Below, one piece after another: positions 52,450 to 62,687 of a DNA stretch of 64,000 bases. The notes beneath the pieces were generated by a model. That model was given only the letters and a program-made list of their open reading frames with translations, did not search any database and had not been told where the DNA came from. The stretch comes from Acutalibacteraceae bacterium (GTDB lineage: Bacteria; Bacillota; Clostridia; Oscillospirales; Acutalibacteraceae), in the NCBI GenBank assembly GCA_045536195.1, contig JAZSNB010000118.1, positions 247 to 64,246 on the forward strand, read 5' to 3'. The translations under genes and the position numbers were made by a program. Numbering within the stretch: position 1 is the first letter of the stretch; each line of letters begins with the position of its first letter.

Positions 52450-52668
52450 TTATTCACAGCCATCGATTTTGCATCCGTCTGAGGCATTTTTGTCCTTTTG
52501 CCACAATGAACACAGAATCTTATTCCTGCAGCCGCCGCAATTATTACATTCTCCGAGATTAGTACATACAGTTTTTCTTTTTCCGTTGTGAAAAATTATT
52601 TCCTCCATTATTATGTTTTTCTCCTTCACAAAGCAATACTGCTCATATGTCTTTGAATGCTTATCCAT
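52450..52668 (-). CDS. Small Cys-rich hypothetical protein (72 aa)
   Basis: MDKHSKTYEQYCF...CTNLGECNNCGGCRNKILCSLWQKDKNASDGCKIDGCE. The start follows GAGGTGA by 9 nt. I recognise no family. Confidence 0.4.
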   Translation of the reverse strand: MDKHSKTYEQYCFVKEKNIIMEEIIFHNGKRKTVCTNLGECNNCGGCRNKILCSLWQKDKNASDGCKIDGCE

Positions 52669-52817
52669 AATAAATCTCACCTCATTATAATTATAGTAAA
52701 GTCAAAGAAAAAAAATAAACAAAAACTATCTTTTATAAGGCTCATATCAATATTTATTTTTTCATATAGATTAATGTATTTATATAAACACTAATAATTT
52801 TCATAAGGTGTCAGTCA

Positions 52818-53063
52818 ATGATTTTTTACTCTGCTCTGATAGTATGCGCACTGATAACAGGATTATTTATAATAAAAAAACTACCGCCGCTTTATTCGCT
52901 GATTTGTCCTCTGCACGGGATTGCAGCGCTTATTGCGGCAGATGTGATGCTGTCTTTATATTCCCAGAATATGCCTATAAATGCACTTACTCTTGCTGTT
53001 TCCGCTTTCGGCGGAATTCCCGGAGTGATACTGCTCGTGCTTCTGAAAACCTTTTACGGATAG
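52818..53063 (+). CDS. bofA: BofA-family pro-sigma-K processing inhibitor
   Basis: 81 aa membrane protein. MPINALTLAVSAFGGIPGVILLVLLKTF resembles the B. subtilis BofA C-terminal region (VPINLVTTAISGILGIPGIAALVVIKQF). Confidence 0.7.
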   Translation: MIFYSALIVCALITGLFIIKKLPPLYSLICPLHGIAALIAADVMLSLYSQNMPINALTLAVSAFGGIPGVILLVLLKTFYG

Positions 53064-53096
53064 AAAAAACTCCCCGTGATTATTCATCACGGGGAG
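53064..53096 (-). terminator. Rho-independent terminator after tuf
   Basis: Minus strand has CTCCCCGTGAT-gaata-ATCACGGGGAG followed by TTTTTT. Confidence 0.75.
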
Positions 53097-53117
53097 TGAA
53101 ACTATCGGATAATCGAA

Positions 53118-54320
53118 TTATTCGTTGATAGCGATAACAACGCCTGAACCAACAGTACGGCCGCCTTCACGGATAGCGAAACGAAGACCTACTTCGATAG
53201 CGATGGGAGTGATAAGTTCAACGTCCATATCAACGTTGTCACCGGGCATACACATTTCTGTTCCTTCGGGAAGAGAGATAACGCCTGTAACGTCAGTTGT
53301 TCTGAAGTAGAACTGAGGACGATAGTTGTTGAAGAAAGGAGTATGTCTACCACCTTCATCTTTGGTAAGAACGTAAACTTCGCCCTTGAAGTGTGTGTGG
53401 GGGTTGATGGAGCCAATCTTAGCGAGAACCTGTCCTCTTTCGATTTCGTTTCTCTGAACACCTCTAAGAAGTGCACCAACGTTGTCACCAGCCTGTGCTT
53501 CGTCGAGCATCTTTCTGAACATTTCAAGACCTGTGATAACAACTTTTCTGGATTCGTCTGTAAGACCAACGATTTCTACTTCGTCACCAACGTGAGCGAC
53601 ACCTCTTTCTACTCTACCGGTAGCAACAGTACCACGGCCTGTGATGGAGAATACATCTTCTACAGGCATGAGGAAGGGCTTGTCAGCCATTCTGTCAGGT
53701 GTGGGGATGTAGCTATCTACAGCAGCCATGAGCTCGTTGATGCAAGCATACTCGGGAGCGTTGGGGTCTGTAGAAGAAGATTCGAGAACAGCGAGACCGG
53801 AACCCTTGATGATCGGAATATCGTCACCGGGGAATTCGTATTCGGAAAGAAGGTCTCTGATTTCCATTTCAACGAGCTCGAGAAGTTCGGGGTCGTCTAC
53901 CTGGTCAACCTTGTTCATGAATACAACGATATAGGGAACGCCAACCTGACGAGCGAGAAGGATGTGTTCTCTTGTCTGGGGCATAGGACCGTCTGCAGAA
54001 GAAACAACGAGGATAGCACCGTCCATCTGAGCAGCACCGGTGATCATGTTCTTAACATAGTCAGCGTGTCCGGGGCAGTCAACGTGTGCATAGTGTCTTG
54101 CTTCTGTTTCGTACTCAACGTGAGCAGTAGAAATGGTGATACCTCTTTCTCTCTCTTCGGGAGCCTTGTCGATCTGATCGTAAGCGTTGAACTGAGCCTT
54201 ACCCTGCATAGCAAGTACCTTTGTTATAGCAGCAGTAAGAGTGGTCTTACCGTGGTCAACGTGACCAACGGTACCGATATTAACGTGCGGTTTGGTTCTT
54301 TCGAATTTAGCCTTAGCCAT
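53118..54320 (-). CDS. tuf: Elongation factor Tu
   Basis: 400 aa: [33 protein letters not shown].... Confidence 0.99.
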   Translation of the reverse strand: MAKAKFERTKPHVNIGTVGHVDHGKTTLTAAITKVLAMQGKAQFNAYDQIDKAPEERERGITISTAHVEYETEARHYAHVDCPGHADYVKNMITGAAQMDGAILVVSSADGPMPQTREHILLARQVGVPYIVVFMNKVDQVDDPELLELVEMEIRDLLSEYEFPGDDIPIIKGSGLAVLESSSTDPNAPEYACINELMAAVDSYIPTPDRMADKPFLMPVEDVFSITGRGTVATGRVERGVAHVGDEVEIVGLTDESRKVVITGLEMFRKMLDEAQAGDNVGALLRGVQRNEIERGQVLAKIGSINPHTHFKGEVYVLTKDEGGRHTPFFNNYRPQFYFRTTDVTGVISLPEGTEMCMPGDNVDMDVELITPIAIEVGLRFAIREGGRTVGSGVVIAINE

Positions 54321-54406
54321 TAGTATTTCCTCCTTGAAATAAATATAAATATTATATTAAATATATTTTACAATTAAATAAGCAAAAAATCAAGTATAAT
54401 TTGTAA

Positions 54407-56521
54407 TTATTCTGCTTTTGCTCTTGCGCTGATGATGGTTTCCTGAACGTTCTTGGGAACTTCACTGTAGTGCGAGGGCTCCATTGTGTACTGACCTCTA
54501 CCCTGTGTACCGGATCTAAGGTCGGTAGCATAACCGAACATTTCGGAAAGCGGAACATCTGCAGTTACCTGTGTAACGCCGCCGCTTCTTACCTCCTGAG
54601 ACTTAACAAGACCGCGTCTTGAGCTTAAGTCACCGATTACAAATCCGAGGTAATCGTCGGGAACGATAACGTTAACAAGCATGATAGGTTCTTTGATAAC
54701 GGGGTCTGCCTTCTTCATACCGTCCTTGAATGCCATAGAAGCGGCAATCTTGAACGCCATTTCAGAAGAGTCGACTTCGTGGTAAGAACCGTCTGTAAGT
54801 GTAACCTTAACATCAACAACATTGTAGCCTGCAAGTACACCGTTCTGCATAGCACCCTGGATACCTGCATCAACTGCGGGGATATATTCCTTGGGAATAG
54901 CACCGCCGACAATAGCGTTGACAAACTCATAACCCTTACCTTCCTCGAGGGGTTCCATGGTCATCTTAACATGACCGTACTGACCCTTACCACCGGACTG
55001 ACGGGCATACTTGTGGTCAACATTAACAGACTTTCTGATAGCTTCTCTGTAGGAAACCTGAGGCTTACCAACATTTGCTTCTACCTTAAATTCTCTAAGG
55101 AGTCTGTCTACGATAATTTCGAGATGAAGCTCACCCATACCTGCAATAATGGTCTGACCTGTTTCTTCATCTGTATATGTCTTGAATGTGGGGTCTTCTT
55201 CTGCGAGCTTAGCAAGAGCTATACCCATCTTTTCCTGACCTGCTTTGGTCTTGGGTTCGATAGCAACTCTTATAACAGGCTCGGGGAATTCCATGGATTC
55301 AAGAATGATAGGATGCTTTTCATCACAGAGTGTATCACCTGTGGTTGTGTTCTTAAGACCAACTGCAGCTGCAATATCGCCGGAATATACCTTTTCGATA
55401 TCTTCTCTGGAGTTTGCGTGCATCTGGAGTATTCTTCCGAGTCTTTCCTTGTTGTTCTTACAAGCGTTAAGAACATAGGAACCTGCATCTACAGTACCGG
55501 AATATACTCTGAAGAAGCAGAGCTTACCAACAAACGGGTCTGTTGCAATCTTGAATGCAAGAGCTGCAAAAGGCTCATCATCGGAAGAAGGTCTTTCTTC
55601 TTCTGCACCTGTAGAGGGTACTACACCCTTGATGTTAGCAACATCTGTAGGTGCGGGCATATATTCGATAACAGCATCAAGAAGAAGCTGTACACCCTTG
55701 TTTCTGTAAGAAGTACCGCAGAGCATAGGAACAATCTGATTTTCGATTGTAGCCTTTCTGAGTGCCTTCTTAAGCTCGGGAACAGTGATGGAATCGGGAT
55801 CTTCAAAGAACTTTTCCATGATTGCGTCGTCGGTTTCGGCGATAGCTTCAATCATCTTCATTCTGTATTCCTGAGCTTTTTCGAGCATATCAGCGGGGAT
55901 TTCCTCCTCACCGTACTCGTTACCCATTTCGTCGTAGTAGATTTCAGCCTTCATGTTCATAAGGTCGATGATACCTCTGAAAGTATCTTCAGCACCTATA
56001 GGAAGCTGAATCGGAACGCCGTTTGCGTGGAGACGCTCATGAACCATGTTTTCTACGTTGTAGAAGTCTGCGCCCATGATGTCCATTTTATTAACATAAA
56101 TCATTCTGGGAACCTTGTAGTCATCTGCCTGTCTCCAAACAGTCTCGGACTGAGGTTCAACACCGCCCTTAGCGCACATAACGGTTACGGAACCGTCAAG
56201 TACACGGAGTGAACGCTGAACTTCTACAGTAAAGTCAACGTGTCCGGGTGTGTCGATTATGTTAATTCTGTGTGCGATACCCTTGTAGGGACCTTCCTTT
56301 GGCTTCCAGAAGCATGTTGTAGCAGCAGAAGTAATTGTGATACCACGCTCCTGCTCCTGAGCCATCCAGTCCATTGTACCGGCACCGTCGTGTGTTTCAC
56401 CCATTTTGTGAATACGACCTGTATAGTAAAGTATTCTTTCTGTAGTGGTTGTCTTACCGGCATCGATGTGAGCCATGATACCGATATTTCTTGTATTCTG
56501 CAGTGAATATTCTCTAGCCAT
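54407..56521 (-). CDS. fusA: Elongation factor G
   Basis: 704 aa: [24 protein letters not shown].... Confidence 0.99.
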   Translation of the reverse strand: MAREYSLQNTRNIGIMAHIDAGKTTTTERILYYTGRIHKMGETHDGAGTMDWMAQEQERGITITSAATTCFWKPKEGPYKGIAHRINIIDTPGHVDFTVEVQRSLRVLDGSVTVMCAKGGVEPQSETVWRQADDYKVPRMIYVNKMDIMGADFYNVENMVHERLHANGVPIQLPIGAEDTFRGIIDLMNMKAEIYYDEMGNEYGEEEIPADMLEKAQEYRMKMIEAIAETDDAIMEKFFEDPDSITVPELKKALRKATIENQIVPMLCGTSYRNKGVQLLLDAVIEYMPAPTDVANIKGVVPSTGAEEERPSSDDEPFAALAFKIATDPFVGKLCFFRVYSGTVDAGSYVLNACKNNKERLGRILQMHANSREDIEKVYSGDIAAAVGLKNTTTGDTLCDEKHPIILESMEFPEPVIRVAIEPKTKAGQEKMGIALAKLAEEDPTFKTYTDEETGQTIIAGMGELHLEIIVDRLLREFKVEANVGKPQVSYREAIRKSVNVDHKYARQSGGKGQYGHVKMTMEPLEEGKGYEFVNAIVGGAIPKEYIPAVDAGIQGAMQNGVLAGYNVVDVKVTLTDGSYHEVDSSEMAFKIAASMAFKDGMKKADPVIKEPIMLVNVIVPDDYLGFVIGDLSSRRGLVKSQEVRSGGVTQVTADVPLSEMFGYATDLRSGTQGRGQYTMEPSHYSEVPKNVQETIISARAKAE

Positions 56522-56572
56522 AATAGCGTATTTCCTCCTTTCCTATAATACAAATAGAAAAAATATGACGAA

Positions 56573-57043
56573 TTACCAACGATAGTGGGAGAAAGCCTTG
56601 TTTGCTTCTGCCATTTTGTGTGTATCGTCTTTCTTCTTAACTGCGCCGCCCATGTTGTTGACAGCGTCAAGAATTTCGCCGGCTAATCTTTCTTTCATAG
56701 TTCTCTCGTTTCTTTCACGGGAGTACTTTGTAAGCCATCTTAAGCCGAGTGTCTGTCTTCTTTCAGGTCTAACCTCAATCGGAACCTGATAAGTAGCACC
56801 GCCGACTCTTCTTGCCTTAACTTCGAGTACGGGCATGATGTTCTCCATAGCCTGTGTGAACACCTCTAAAGCTTCTTTGCCTGTCTTTTCAGCAACAATT
56901 TCGAAAGCGCCGTATACAATACTCTGAGCTACACCCTTCTTACCGTCTAACATGATGTTGTTTATAAGCTTTGTTACAACAACATTGTTGTACATAGGAT
57001 CAGGGAGTATTTCTCTCTTAGCGATATAACCTTTACGTGGCAC
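56573..57043 (-). CDS. rpsG: 30S ribosomal protein S7
   Basis: (V)[19 protein letters not shown].... I chose the GTG start after GAAGGAGGGAAGG, giving 156 aa. Confidence 0.95.
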   Translation of the reverse strand: MPRKGYIAKREILPDPMYNNVVVTKLINNIMLDGKKGVAQSIVYGAFEIVAEKTGKEALEVFTQAMENIMPVLEVKARRVGGATYQVPIEVRPERRQTLGLRWLTKYSRERNERTMKERLAGEILDAVNNMGGAVKKKDDTHKMAEANKAFSHYRW

Positions 57044-57185
57044 TATCCTTCCCTCCTTCATAATAAAATGATTTCATAGGTACTCAAGCTTTTTAGCTTG
57101 TTGTGCTCAATACAAATATATATAATTGCGTATTGACGCACTAACTTACCTTTTTGCTTATTCGCCTTAAGCGAATTTTGTCCGA

Positions 57186-57596
57186 TTACTTGCCGGCTTT
57201 TGCACCGTACTTGGATCTGGACTGATTTCTGTTAGCAACACCGGAAGCATCCAATGCACCACGGATAATGTGGTATCTAACACCAGGGAGGTCCTTAACT
57301 CTTCCACCTCTTATAAGAACAACGCTATGTTCCTGAAGGTTGTGACCTATACCCGGGATGTAAGCTGAAACTTCAACACCGTTTGTAAGTCTTACTCTGG
57401 CCATCTTACGGAGAGCTGAGTTAGGCTTTTTAGGTGTCATAGTCTTAACAGCTGTACATACACCTCTCTTCTGAGGAGCACTCTGATCGGTAGCCTTCTT
57501 CTTTAAAGAGTTGAAACCAACCTGAAGTGCAGGTGCTGTAGACTTCTTTACGGATGTCTGTCTGCCCTTTTTTACTAACTGGTTAAATGTTGGCAA
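57186..57596 (-). CDS. rpsL: 30S ribosomal protein S12
   Basis: 136 aa: [12 protein letters not shown]...KKPNSALRK. It has a TTG start after CAGGAGGTG. Confidence 0.97.
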   Translation of the reverse strand: MPTFNQLVKKGRQTSVKKSTAPALQVGFNSLKKKATDQSAPQKRGVCTAVKTMTPKKPNSALRKMARVRLTNGVEVSAYIPGIGHNLQEHSVVLIRGGRVKDLPGVRYHIIRGALDASGVANRNQSRSKYGAKAGK

Positions 57597-57651
57597 ATGT
57601 ATTCACCTCCTGTATATAATGTATATATTAAACGCCATGGGCGGTTAATAA

Positions 57652-57894
57652 CTATTTTGGCAATACTGCCACCGATGCATCCACATCTATTCCGCATGCC
57701 CTGCCAAGCTCCTGCTTGGTAGCCACAAGCTCTATATCGACCTTGTGCGCCTTGCAGGCATCGAGAATTTTGCGGGTGATGCCCGGCTCTACATTTCCGG
57801 CTATGAATGCTTTTGCAGCCTTGTCCGCCTCTATGAGCTTAAGCGCACGGCGCATTCCGATAACCGCATTTTTACTGCGAACTTCGCTTATCAT
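57652..57894 (-). CDS. ybxF: Ribosome-associated L7Ae-family protein (YbxF-like)
   Basis: 80 aa: MISEVRSKNAVIGMRRALKLIEADKAAKAFIAGNVEP.... The start follows TAAGGAGG. The position immediately upstream of rpsL matches Bacillus. The 114-aa track ORF runs into the promoter. Confidence 0.8.
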   Translation of the reverse strand: MISEVRSKNAVIGMRRALKLIEADKAAKAFIAGNVEPGITRKILDACKAHKVDIELVATKQELGRACGIDVDASVAVLPK

Positions 57895-57967
57895 TATAGT
57901 CCTCCTTAGAGAATTATAACCATAAATACACATAGTAACACATACTATCGCATAATCATACTCGTAT

Positions 57968-57996
57968 ATTATATAACAAGGCTCATGGTATGTCAA
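57968..57996 (-). promoter_or_regulatory. Sigma-A type promoter of the ybxF-rpsL-rpsG-fusA-tuf operon
   Basis: Minus strand has TTGACA, a 17-nt spacer, then TATAAT. Confidence 0.6.
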
Positions 57997-58000
57997 GTGT

Positions 58001-58065
58001 TTTTTTAAAAAACAAAAGGGCGTGTCTCAATAAGTGATTTTTCACTCAATTGAGGCAACGCCCTT
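58001..58065 (-). terminator. Rho-independent terminator after glmM
   Basis: On the minus strand a long imperfect hairpin AAGGGCGTT...ACACGCCCTT is followed by TTGTTTTTT. Confidence 0.6.
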
Positions 58066-58073
58066 CTTATGAT

Positions 58074-59417
58074 TTATATACAATATCCCTTATTTTTTAT
58101 CACCTGCGCTACTTTTTCTGCAAGTGTATTGCAAAGGTTTTCTCCCATAGCCTCTACCATAACCCTTATTACAGGCTCGGTGCCGCTTTTTCTAAGAAGT
58201 ATTCTGCCGTCTCCTCCAAGCGATGCTTCTGCACTTTTCACAGCTTCTAAAACATCTTCATCAGCTATAACAGCAGCCTTATCCGATACCTTTACATTTT
58301 TTACAACCTGCGGGAAACGGATAAAGCCATCGCAAAGCTTATTTGAGGTAAGCTTGCTTTCTATAAATACTTCCATAATTTTTAGTGCCGTTATAAGTCC
58401 GTCACCTGTGGAAGCAAACTTGGAAAATATTATATGTCCCGATTCTTCACCGCCGAGGCAGTAGCCGTTTTTCTGCATTGCCTCGTAAACATACTTATCT
58501 CCTACATCGGTTTTAACATACGATATTCCCTTTTCGTCAAATGCTTTGTAAAGACCCATGTTACTCATTACTGTGGTAACAACGGTGTTCTTGCTTAGTG
58601 TATCATTTTGTTTCATATAGCAACCGCAAAGGTAAAGTATGTGGTCGCCTGTAAGTACATTGCCGTCATTATCTACTGCGAGACAACGGTCGGCATCACC
58701 GTCGAAAGCAAAGCCTATGTCGAGCTTTTTGTCCTTTACAAGCTCACAAAGTCCCTCTATATGTGTAGAGCCGCAGCCGTTGTTTATGTTTGTACCGTTG
58801 GGGCTGTTGTTTATAACAAAGGTCTCTGCACCAAGGGTATCAAATATATTCTTCGCAAGCATCCATGTACTTCCGTTTGAAGCATCAAGACCAACCTTTA
58901 TGCCCTTAAAACTCTTCATGGCAAGCGATATTATATAGCCTGTATAGCGGTTTCTGCCTACAACATAATCAACAGTTCTTCCTATATCTTCGCCTGTAGC
59001 AAGAGGAAGCTCAGGGATAATTCCGTCGATATATGCCTCGATGTCGAAAATTATAGCCTCACCCATTTTCTCGCCTCTGCCGTTTATAAGCTTGATGCCG
59101 TTGTCAAAGTACGGATTGTGACTTGCCGATATCATGATACCGCAGTCAAATTCCTCCGTACGCACCACATATGCCACAGAAGGTGTGGTGGTAACATGAA
59201 GAAGATACGCATCTGCACCGCTTGCGGTAAGCCCCGCTACAAGTGCGTACTCAAACATATAGCTTGAGCGTCTTGTATCCTTGCCTATGACTATCCTGCA
59301 CTTGTGTTCCTTGCCGTAGTGCCAGCCTAAGTATCTTCCTACCTTAAAGGCATGCTCTACGGTAAGTGTTTTATTAGCTTCTCCTCTGAAGCCGTCTGTT
59401 CCGAAATATTTTCCCAT
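58074..59417 (-). CDS. glmM: Phosphoglucosamine mutase
   Basis: 447 aa: MGKYFGTDGFRGEAN, the active-site loop SASHNPYFDNGIK, and GGEESGH. Confidence 0.95.
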   Translation of the reverse strand: MGKYFGTDGFRGEANKTLTVEHAFKVGRYLGWHYGKEHKCRIVIGKDTRRSSYMFEYALVAGLTASGADAYLLHVTTTPSVAYVVRTEEFDCGIMISASHNPYFDNGIKLINGRGEKMGEAIIFDIEAYIDGIIPELPLATGEDIGRTVDYVVGRNRYTGYIISLAMKSFKGIKVGLDASNGSTWMLAKNIFDTLGAETFVINNSPNGTNINNGCGSTHIEGLCELVKDKKLDIGFAFDGDADRCLAVDNDGNVLTGDHILYLCGCYMKQNDTLSKNTVVTTVMSNMGLYKAFDEKGISYVKTDVGDKYVYEAMQKNGYCLGGEESGHIIFSKFASTGDGLITALKIMEVFIESKLTSNKLCDGFIRFPQVVKNVKVSDKAAVIADEDVLEAVKSAEASLGGDGRILLRKSGTEPVIRVMVEAMGENLCNTLAEKVAQVIKNKGYCI

Positions 59418-59434
59418 CCGTAATCTCTCCTGTC

Positions 59435-61258
59435 CTATTCTACTGTCACAGATTTTGCTAAGTTTCTTGGCTTGTCTGCGTTAAGTCCCTTGCCCAAGGC
59501 TATATAATACGCTATAAGCTGAAGTACAGGTGCGCATATAAGCGGCATAAAAAGCTCCTCTGTGTCGGGAATCTTTATGACCTTATGGGCAATACCGTTG
59601 TCTACATCCGCACTTTCCGAAGCAAGAAGTATTACTCTTGCACCTCTTGCCTTAACCTCGCGGATGTTATTTATGATTTTTTCCTTTATGCTTTGTTTTG
59701 TGAGTATGGCAACAACAGGTGTTGCTTCCTCTATAAGTGCTATGCTTCCATGCTTTAATTCACCTGCGGCATATGCCTCGCAATGAATATAGGAAATCTC
59801 CTTTGTCTTAAGTGCTCCCTCCATGCTCTGTGCATAGTCTGCACCTCTGCCTATATAGAAGATACTTCCGGCATCTGCAAGAGAATCAGCTACATCCATG
59901 CATACGCTCTCAAGGGTAAGTGCCTGCAATATCTTTTGGGGTACATCATTAAGAAGAATATCGACATATGACGATGCCTCATTCCCCGTTATAGTTCCCT
60001 TTGCTTTGGCAATTTTTACACCTATAAGATAAAGCACCGCAAGCTGAACAGAATACGCCTTGGTGCTGGCTACGGCTATCTCCCTCTCTGCTTTGGTGTA
60101 GATAACATCATCAGCCTCGTTTGCTATTGCCGAGCCGTAGGAGTTTACTATTGCAAGAGTGCGCACACCCATGGACTTTGTAAGGCGCAGTGCAGACAGT
60201 GTATCTGCGGTTTCGCCCGACTGTGACACGAAGAGCGCTATTTCGCTTTTTCTTACAATAGGCTCACCATACAAAAATTCCGATGCCAGATGCGTGTATA
60301 CAGGTATTTGGGCAAGGCTTTCTATTGTATACTTAGCCGCAAAGGAGGCATTGTATGCCGTGCCGCACGCAACTATATGAAGCCCTGTTAAAGACTTTAA
60401 GAAGCCGTAGTCTATATTTATACCAAGCTCTATCTCTCCGTCTCTGACAAGAGAAGATACTGTGCGTTTTACCGCGTCAGGCTCTTCGGAAATCTCCTTG
60501 CGCATAAAATGCTCATACCCGCCCTTGTCGGCAGTTTGACGATGCACCTTTTGCCTTTGGGCAGTCTTAGAAATGGGATTTGCATCCAAATCATAAAAGC
60601 TTATGCTGTCTTTGGAAACCTCTGCCACTTCGCCCCTCTCCACGGTATAATATTCTCCCGCAGTATCTGTAACGGCAGATATATCCGAACATACAAAATT
60701 GCCGTCCCCGCCCTTAGTTACTACAAGCGGGTTATCCTTTCGGAAGGCATATATTTTATCACAGAAATCGTAAAACACGGCACATATAGCATATGAGCCT
60801 GATATCTCGTCTACAAGCTTATTTATAGCATGAACGGGACTAAGCGTCCTTGCAAAATAATAGTCAAGAAGCTTGGCACAAACCTCGGTATCGGTATCCG
60901 ACAGGAAGTTGTAGCCGTTTGCAATGAGAAATTCTTTTATTTCACCCGAATTTTCTATGATGCCGTTGTGCACCACAGCTACCCTGTGCGTGCCGTGAGG
61001 GTGGGCGTTTCGCTCGGTGGGATTACCGTGTGTTGCCCATCTTGTATGCCCTATACCGCACCTTGAGTCGATGGTTTCTACCCTAAGCTTTGCTTTTAGG
61101 TTATCAAGGCTTCCCTTTGCCTTTATCATTTTTATTCTGCCGTCTTCAAAAAATGCCACTCCCGAAGAATCGTAGCCTCTGTATTCTAAATGTGTGAGTA
61201 CATCAAGAAGCACGGGCACAGCCTGTGTCCTGCCCGAAAAACCAACAATTCCGCACAT
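59435..61258 (-). CDS. glmS: Glutamine--fructose-6-phosphate aminotransferase
   Basis: 607 aa: MCGIVGF Ntn start, two SIS domains and a ...AKSVTVE C-terminus. Confidence 0.97.
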   Translation of the reverse strand: MCGIVGFSGRTQAVPVLLDVLTHLEYRGYDSSGVAFFEDGRIKMIKAKGSLDNLKAKLRVETIDSRCGIGHTRWATHGNPTERNAHPHGTHRVAVVHNGIIENSGEIKEFLIANGYNFLSDTDTEVCAKLLDYYFARTLSPVHAINKLVDEISGSYAICAVFYDFCDKIYAFRKDNPLVVTKGGDGNFVCSDISAVTDTAGEYYTVERGEVAEVSKDSISFYDLDANPISKTAQRQKVHRQTADKGGYEHFMRKEISEEPDAVKRTVSSLVRDGEIELGINIDYGFLKSLTGLHIVACGTAYNASFAAKYTIESLAQIPVYTHLASEFLYGEPIVRKSEIALFVSQSGETADTLSALRLTKSMGVRTLAIVNSYGSAIANEADDVIYTKAEREIAVASTKAYSVQLAVLYLIGVKIAKAKGTITGNEASSYVDILLNDVPQKILQALTLESVCMDVADSLADAGSIFYIGRGADYAQSMEGALKTKEISYIHCEAYAAGELKHGSIALIEEATPVVAILTKQSIKEKIINNIREVKARGARVILLASESADVDNGIAHKVIKIPDTEELFMPLICAPVLQLIAYYIALGKGLNADKPRNLAKSVTVE

Positions 61259-61294
61259 ATGCTTTCTCCTTGTCGGCTCCTGCGGGACAACAGA

Positions 61295-61433
61295 AACCCA
61301 TTATTTTGTGATTTGACGGATGCGATTTTGTGTATTTGTACGCACCCTTACGACACAAATCATGCCGAAGAGGTATCCGCCGAATTTTCGATAGCCTCTT
61401 ACCTCGTCACGAAAAAATTCCGTCTGGCGCTAA
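61295..61433 (-). ncRNA. glmS ribozyme (GlcN6P-dependent self-cleaving riboswitch)
   Basis: Minus strand reads A/GCGCCAGACGG...GUGACGAGG...GAGGCUAUCGAAAAUUCGGCGGAUACCUC...GUCGUAAGG. This matches the conserved core I remember from Bacillus glmS ribozymes. It lies directly upstream of glmS. The 3' boundary is approximate. Confidence 0.85.
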
Positions 61434-61512
61434 ACGGTATGTCCGTCTTAGACACACAAGTCCCATAAATATTATGGACTTGTTTTGGAAAAATAAAACT
61501 TATATATTTTTC

Positions 61513-62169
61513 CTACTTTTTTACAACAATGTTGTCTTGCGATTTGAAGATTGAGTTCTCTCCAATGTACCCGCGCACCATAGATGTAGGATATACTGTG
61601 CAGTTTTTGCCGATTACGGTTCCGGGACACAATACGCTGTGGCATCCGACCTCAGTAAAATCGCCGACCATGGCTCCGAATTTCTTGAGTCCTGTTTCCA
61701 ACTTTTCACCGTTTGCCAAAACAGTTACAAGGGATTTGTCGCTCTTGACATTGGAAGTGACGGCTCCTGCCCCAAGGTGTGATTTGTAGCCAAGCACAGA
61801 ATCGCCCACATAATTAAAATGAGGAATCTGCACATTGTCAAAAATTATGCTGTTCTTAACCTCGGTAGAATTACCCACCACGCAGTTTTTGCCCACAAGC
61901 ACACTGCCTCTTATAAAGGCACATTGTCTGACCTCTGTGCCCTCGCCTATGATACAGGGACCCGTGATAGAAGCACTTGGCGCAACTGTGGCGCTTTTTG
62001 CTATCCATACATTTTCTCCTGCTTCATCATACAAGGACTTATCGAGGGTTTTGCCAAGCTCTGTTATAAAGCTTTTTATACCCGAAAGCACTTCCCACGG
62101 ATATGTTGTACCCTTAAGAAGAGGCTCTGCCATTGTGTAGCTAAGGTCGTATAATTCGTTTGTTTTCAT
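61513..62169 (-). CDS. Left-handed beta-helix (hexapeptide repeat) transferase, GlmU C-terminal-domain-like
   Basis: 218 aa with repeated [LIV]G motifs (IIGEGTEVRQCAFIRGSVLVGKNCVVGNSTEVKNSIIFDNVQI...). The RBS is AAGGAGGTG. Confidence 0.7.
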   Translation of the reverse strand: MKTNELYDLSYTMAEPLLKGTTYPWEVLSGIKSFITELGKTLDKSLYDEAGENVWIAKSATVAPSASITGPCIIGEGTEVRQCAFIRGSVLVGKNCVVGNSTEVKNSIIFDNVQIPHFNYVGDSVLGYKSHLGAGAVTSNVKSDKSLVTVLANGEKLETGLKKFGAMVGDFTEVGCHSVLCPGTVIGKNCTVYPTSMVRGYIGENSIFKSQDNIVVKK

Positions 62170-62289
62170 ATCTTCACCTCCTTATAAAATATCGGTTGTT
62201 AAAAAATTGACATAAAATGACCTTTATTTCTAAAGTATATGCCAAATTCAGTATATCATACCATATGTTGTTTTGCAATATTTTTTTAT

Positions 62290-62318
62290 TTGACATTTAT
62301 GAAAGAAAACATTATAAT
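62290..62318 (+). promoter_or_regulatory. Sigma-A type promoter of the hydrogenase-maturation operon
   Basis: TTGACA, a 17-nt spacer, then TATAAT. Confidence 0.65.
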
Positions 62319-62324
62319 AAGTGT

Positions 62325-62406
62325 ATCTGACAGAAAGTTTTTCGCTGACTGAAAGGTGCCTTAAATAAAGAGTATTATTGCGCGCCTTTTAGGGTGCGCT
62401 TTTTTA
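62325..62406 (+). promoter_or_regulatory. Attenuator-like leader with an intrinsic terminator and a competing antiterminator; class unknown
   Basis: The terminator is GCGCGCC-uuuuag-GGUGCGC plus UUUUUU (62380-62406). AAAGGUGC (62352-62359) can pair with GCGCCUUU (62382-62389). There is a direct repeat CUGACAGAAAG / CUGACUGAAAG at 62327 and 62345. Confidence 0.5.
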
Positions 62407-62426
62407 TTAACCGAAAGGATGAAAAA

Positions 62427-62687
62427 ATGGAAACAAGAGTTGCAATAATGGGAATAATTGTGGAAAACACGGATTCCGTGAAGGAATTAAATGACATTCT
62501 GCACGATTATGCGCCATATATAATAGGAAGAATGGGTATTCCTTACCGCAAACACAATATAAGTATAGTAAGTATTGCAATAGACGCTCCGCAGGACACA
62601 ATATCCTCTCTTGCAGGCAAAGTAGGATCGCTTGACGGAATAAGCGTAAAAACTGCATACTCCAATGTGATAAACCATGAAGAATAA
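62427..62687 (+). CDS. TM1266-family putative iron-only hydrogenase system regulator (ACT/NikR-C-like)
   Basis: METRVAIMGIIVENTDSVKELNDILHDYAPYIIGRMGIPY.... The gene is small and lies immediately upstream of hydE, overlapping it. I chose the internal ATG after AAAGGA. Confidence 0.65.
   Translation: METRVAIMGIIVENTDSVKELNDILHDYAPYIIGRMGIPYRKHNISIVSIAIDAPQDTISSLAGKVGSLDGISVKTAYSNVINHEE

Noticed and set aside
57062-57185. Several small hairpins in the rpsL-rpsG intergenic region
   Set aside because: This is probably the ordinary structured spacer of the str operon, where S7 autoregulation is known in E. coli. I see no terminator-like U-run and nothing beyond expected biology that I can support from sequence alone.
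61441-61512. Hairpin AAGTCCATAA-tatt-TATGGGACTT upstream of the glmS ribozyme, considered as a terminator for the hexapeptide-transferase gene
   Set aside because: It is not followed by a U-run (the next bases are GUGUGUC), so I cannot call an intrinsic terminator. It may overlap the glmS promoter, but no convincing -35/-10 pair with 17-nt spacing was found.
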